A DNA stretch of 63,272 bases, counting the filler, from Octopus bimaculoides (taxonomy: Eukaryota): NCBI RefSeq assembly GCF_001194135.2. It is 4 parts of 4 records of this genome, joined end to end, with 100 filler letters (N's around TTAATTAATTAA, not from the genome) between each part and the next. Parts side by side here need not be neighbours in the genome. Positions count along the whole stretch, not along the records: positions 61,052 to 63,272 come from NW_026383782.1; 3 more parts are not named here. One strand, given 5' to 3'. How positions within the stretch are numbered: position 1 is the stretch's first letter; the number at the start of each line of letters is the position of its first letter. Position numbers and translations under genes: made by a program. The notes beneath the pieces were generated by a model, which saw nothing but the letters and a program-made list of their open reading frames with translations, had not been told where the DNA came from and did not search any database. Shown piece after piece: positions 62,800 to 63,272 of the stretch.

Positions 62800-63272
62800 T
62801 ACCAGTCGAGAACTCCGCATACCGGAAGCCAGCAAGTGTATGGGATCATCAGGAGAGAATGTGCGCCATTTCAGGGCCTGCCTTTCGACAGCATCAATGC
62901 GCACCGCCCCCTCCTCACTGACGAGGCCCCGCTTGGTATATCAACTGGTTATTAAATATAGTTCAATAGTTCTGTAGCCATTGCTCATCATCTCTTTTTA
63001 ACCAAATCCAGTAGTTCTCCACTGTAGTTTAGATATCGGTCATGGTGGTCTTTACTTTACGATGAGTTAGGCCTAACAATAACAACAGTCATCTCACACT
63101 GTGTCCAACATACCCTCTACATCTGACTTTGATTGGAAAATGCTTCGCTTTCCAGCTTGCATCTTCACATTTCTCAAGGAGGTTTATATAATGGTCAATC
63201 TTTCAAACTGAGCGGTGTCCACGTTATCTTCATGAGGAACCGTTAACTCGACTAGATTTAAAACTTTCTTTC
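62800..63272 (-). mobile_element. Hero/NeSL-type RLE non-LTR retrotransposon 3' end
   Basis: LVELTVPHEDN..W.AKHFPIKV.CRGYVG..LG..WIWLKRD, a restriction-like endonuclease C-terminus. The element continues beyond the window. Confidence 0.75.

Noticed and set aside
62915-62945. CTGACGAGGCC.. as a hammerhead
   Set aside because: No GAAA; it lies antisense in the Hero-type 3'UTR.

Overview
AT-rich, repeat-dominated animal genomic DNA with many N gaps. The SINE types, microsatellite load and TE mix suggest an octopus or other cephalopod; this is an inference, not a search result. No rRNA, intact tRNA gene or CRISPR array was seen, and most ORF-track entries are microsatellite or N-gap artefacts. 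One real host gene is visible, found by reading splice sites: six small + strand exons at 50677-60564 that splice in frame into the LRR/LRRcap-to-acidic region of DNAAF11 (LRRC6, a dynein axonemal assembly factor). Its 5' and 3' exons are not visible. The rest is nested mobile DNA: a Gypsy LTR element with a GATAA TSD; Penelope, RTE, R4/Dong, Tx1, CR1-like and Hero-type retroelements; Helitron/Helentron pieces; a piggyBac end; a DD36E Tc1 element; a DD41D fold-back element; a TIR element carrying inverted telomeric arrays; and two abundant tRNA-derived SINE families, called A and B here. The most notable observations are (i) a ~420-bp TSD-flanked element combining a tRNA-derived Pol III head with a minimal hammerhead ribozyme present as a perfect 108-bp inverted duplication, plus several unrelated hammerhead motifs nearby; (ii) a Tx1 LINE 3' end matching the SINE-B1 tail, with SINE-B1 twice inserted at the same site of SINE-B heads; and (iii) three artificial N44-TTAATTAATTAA-N44 joins that make long-range adjacency unreliable.
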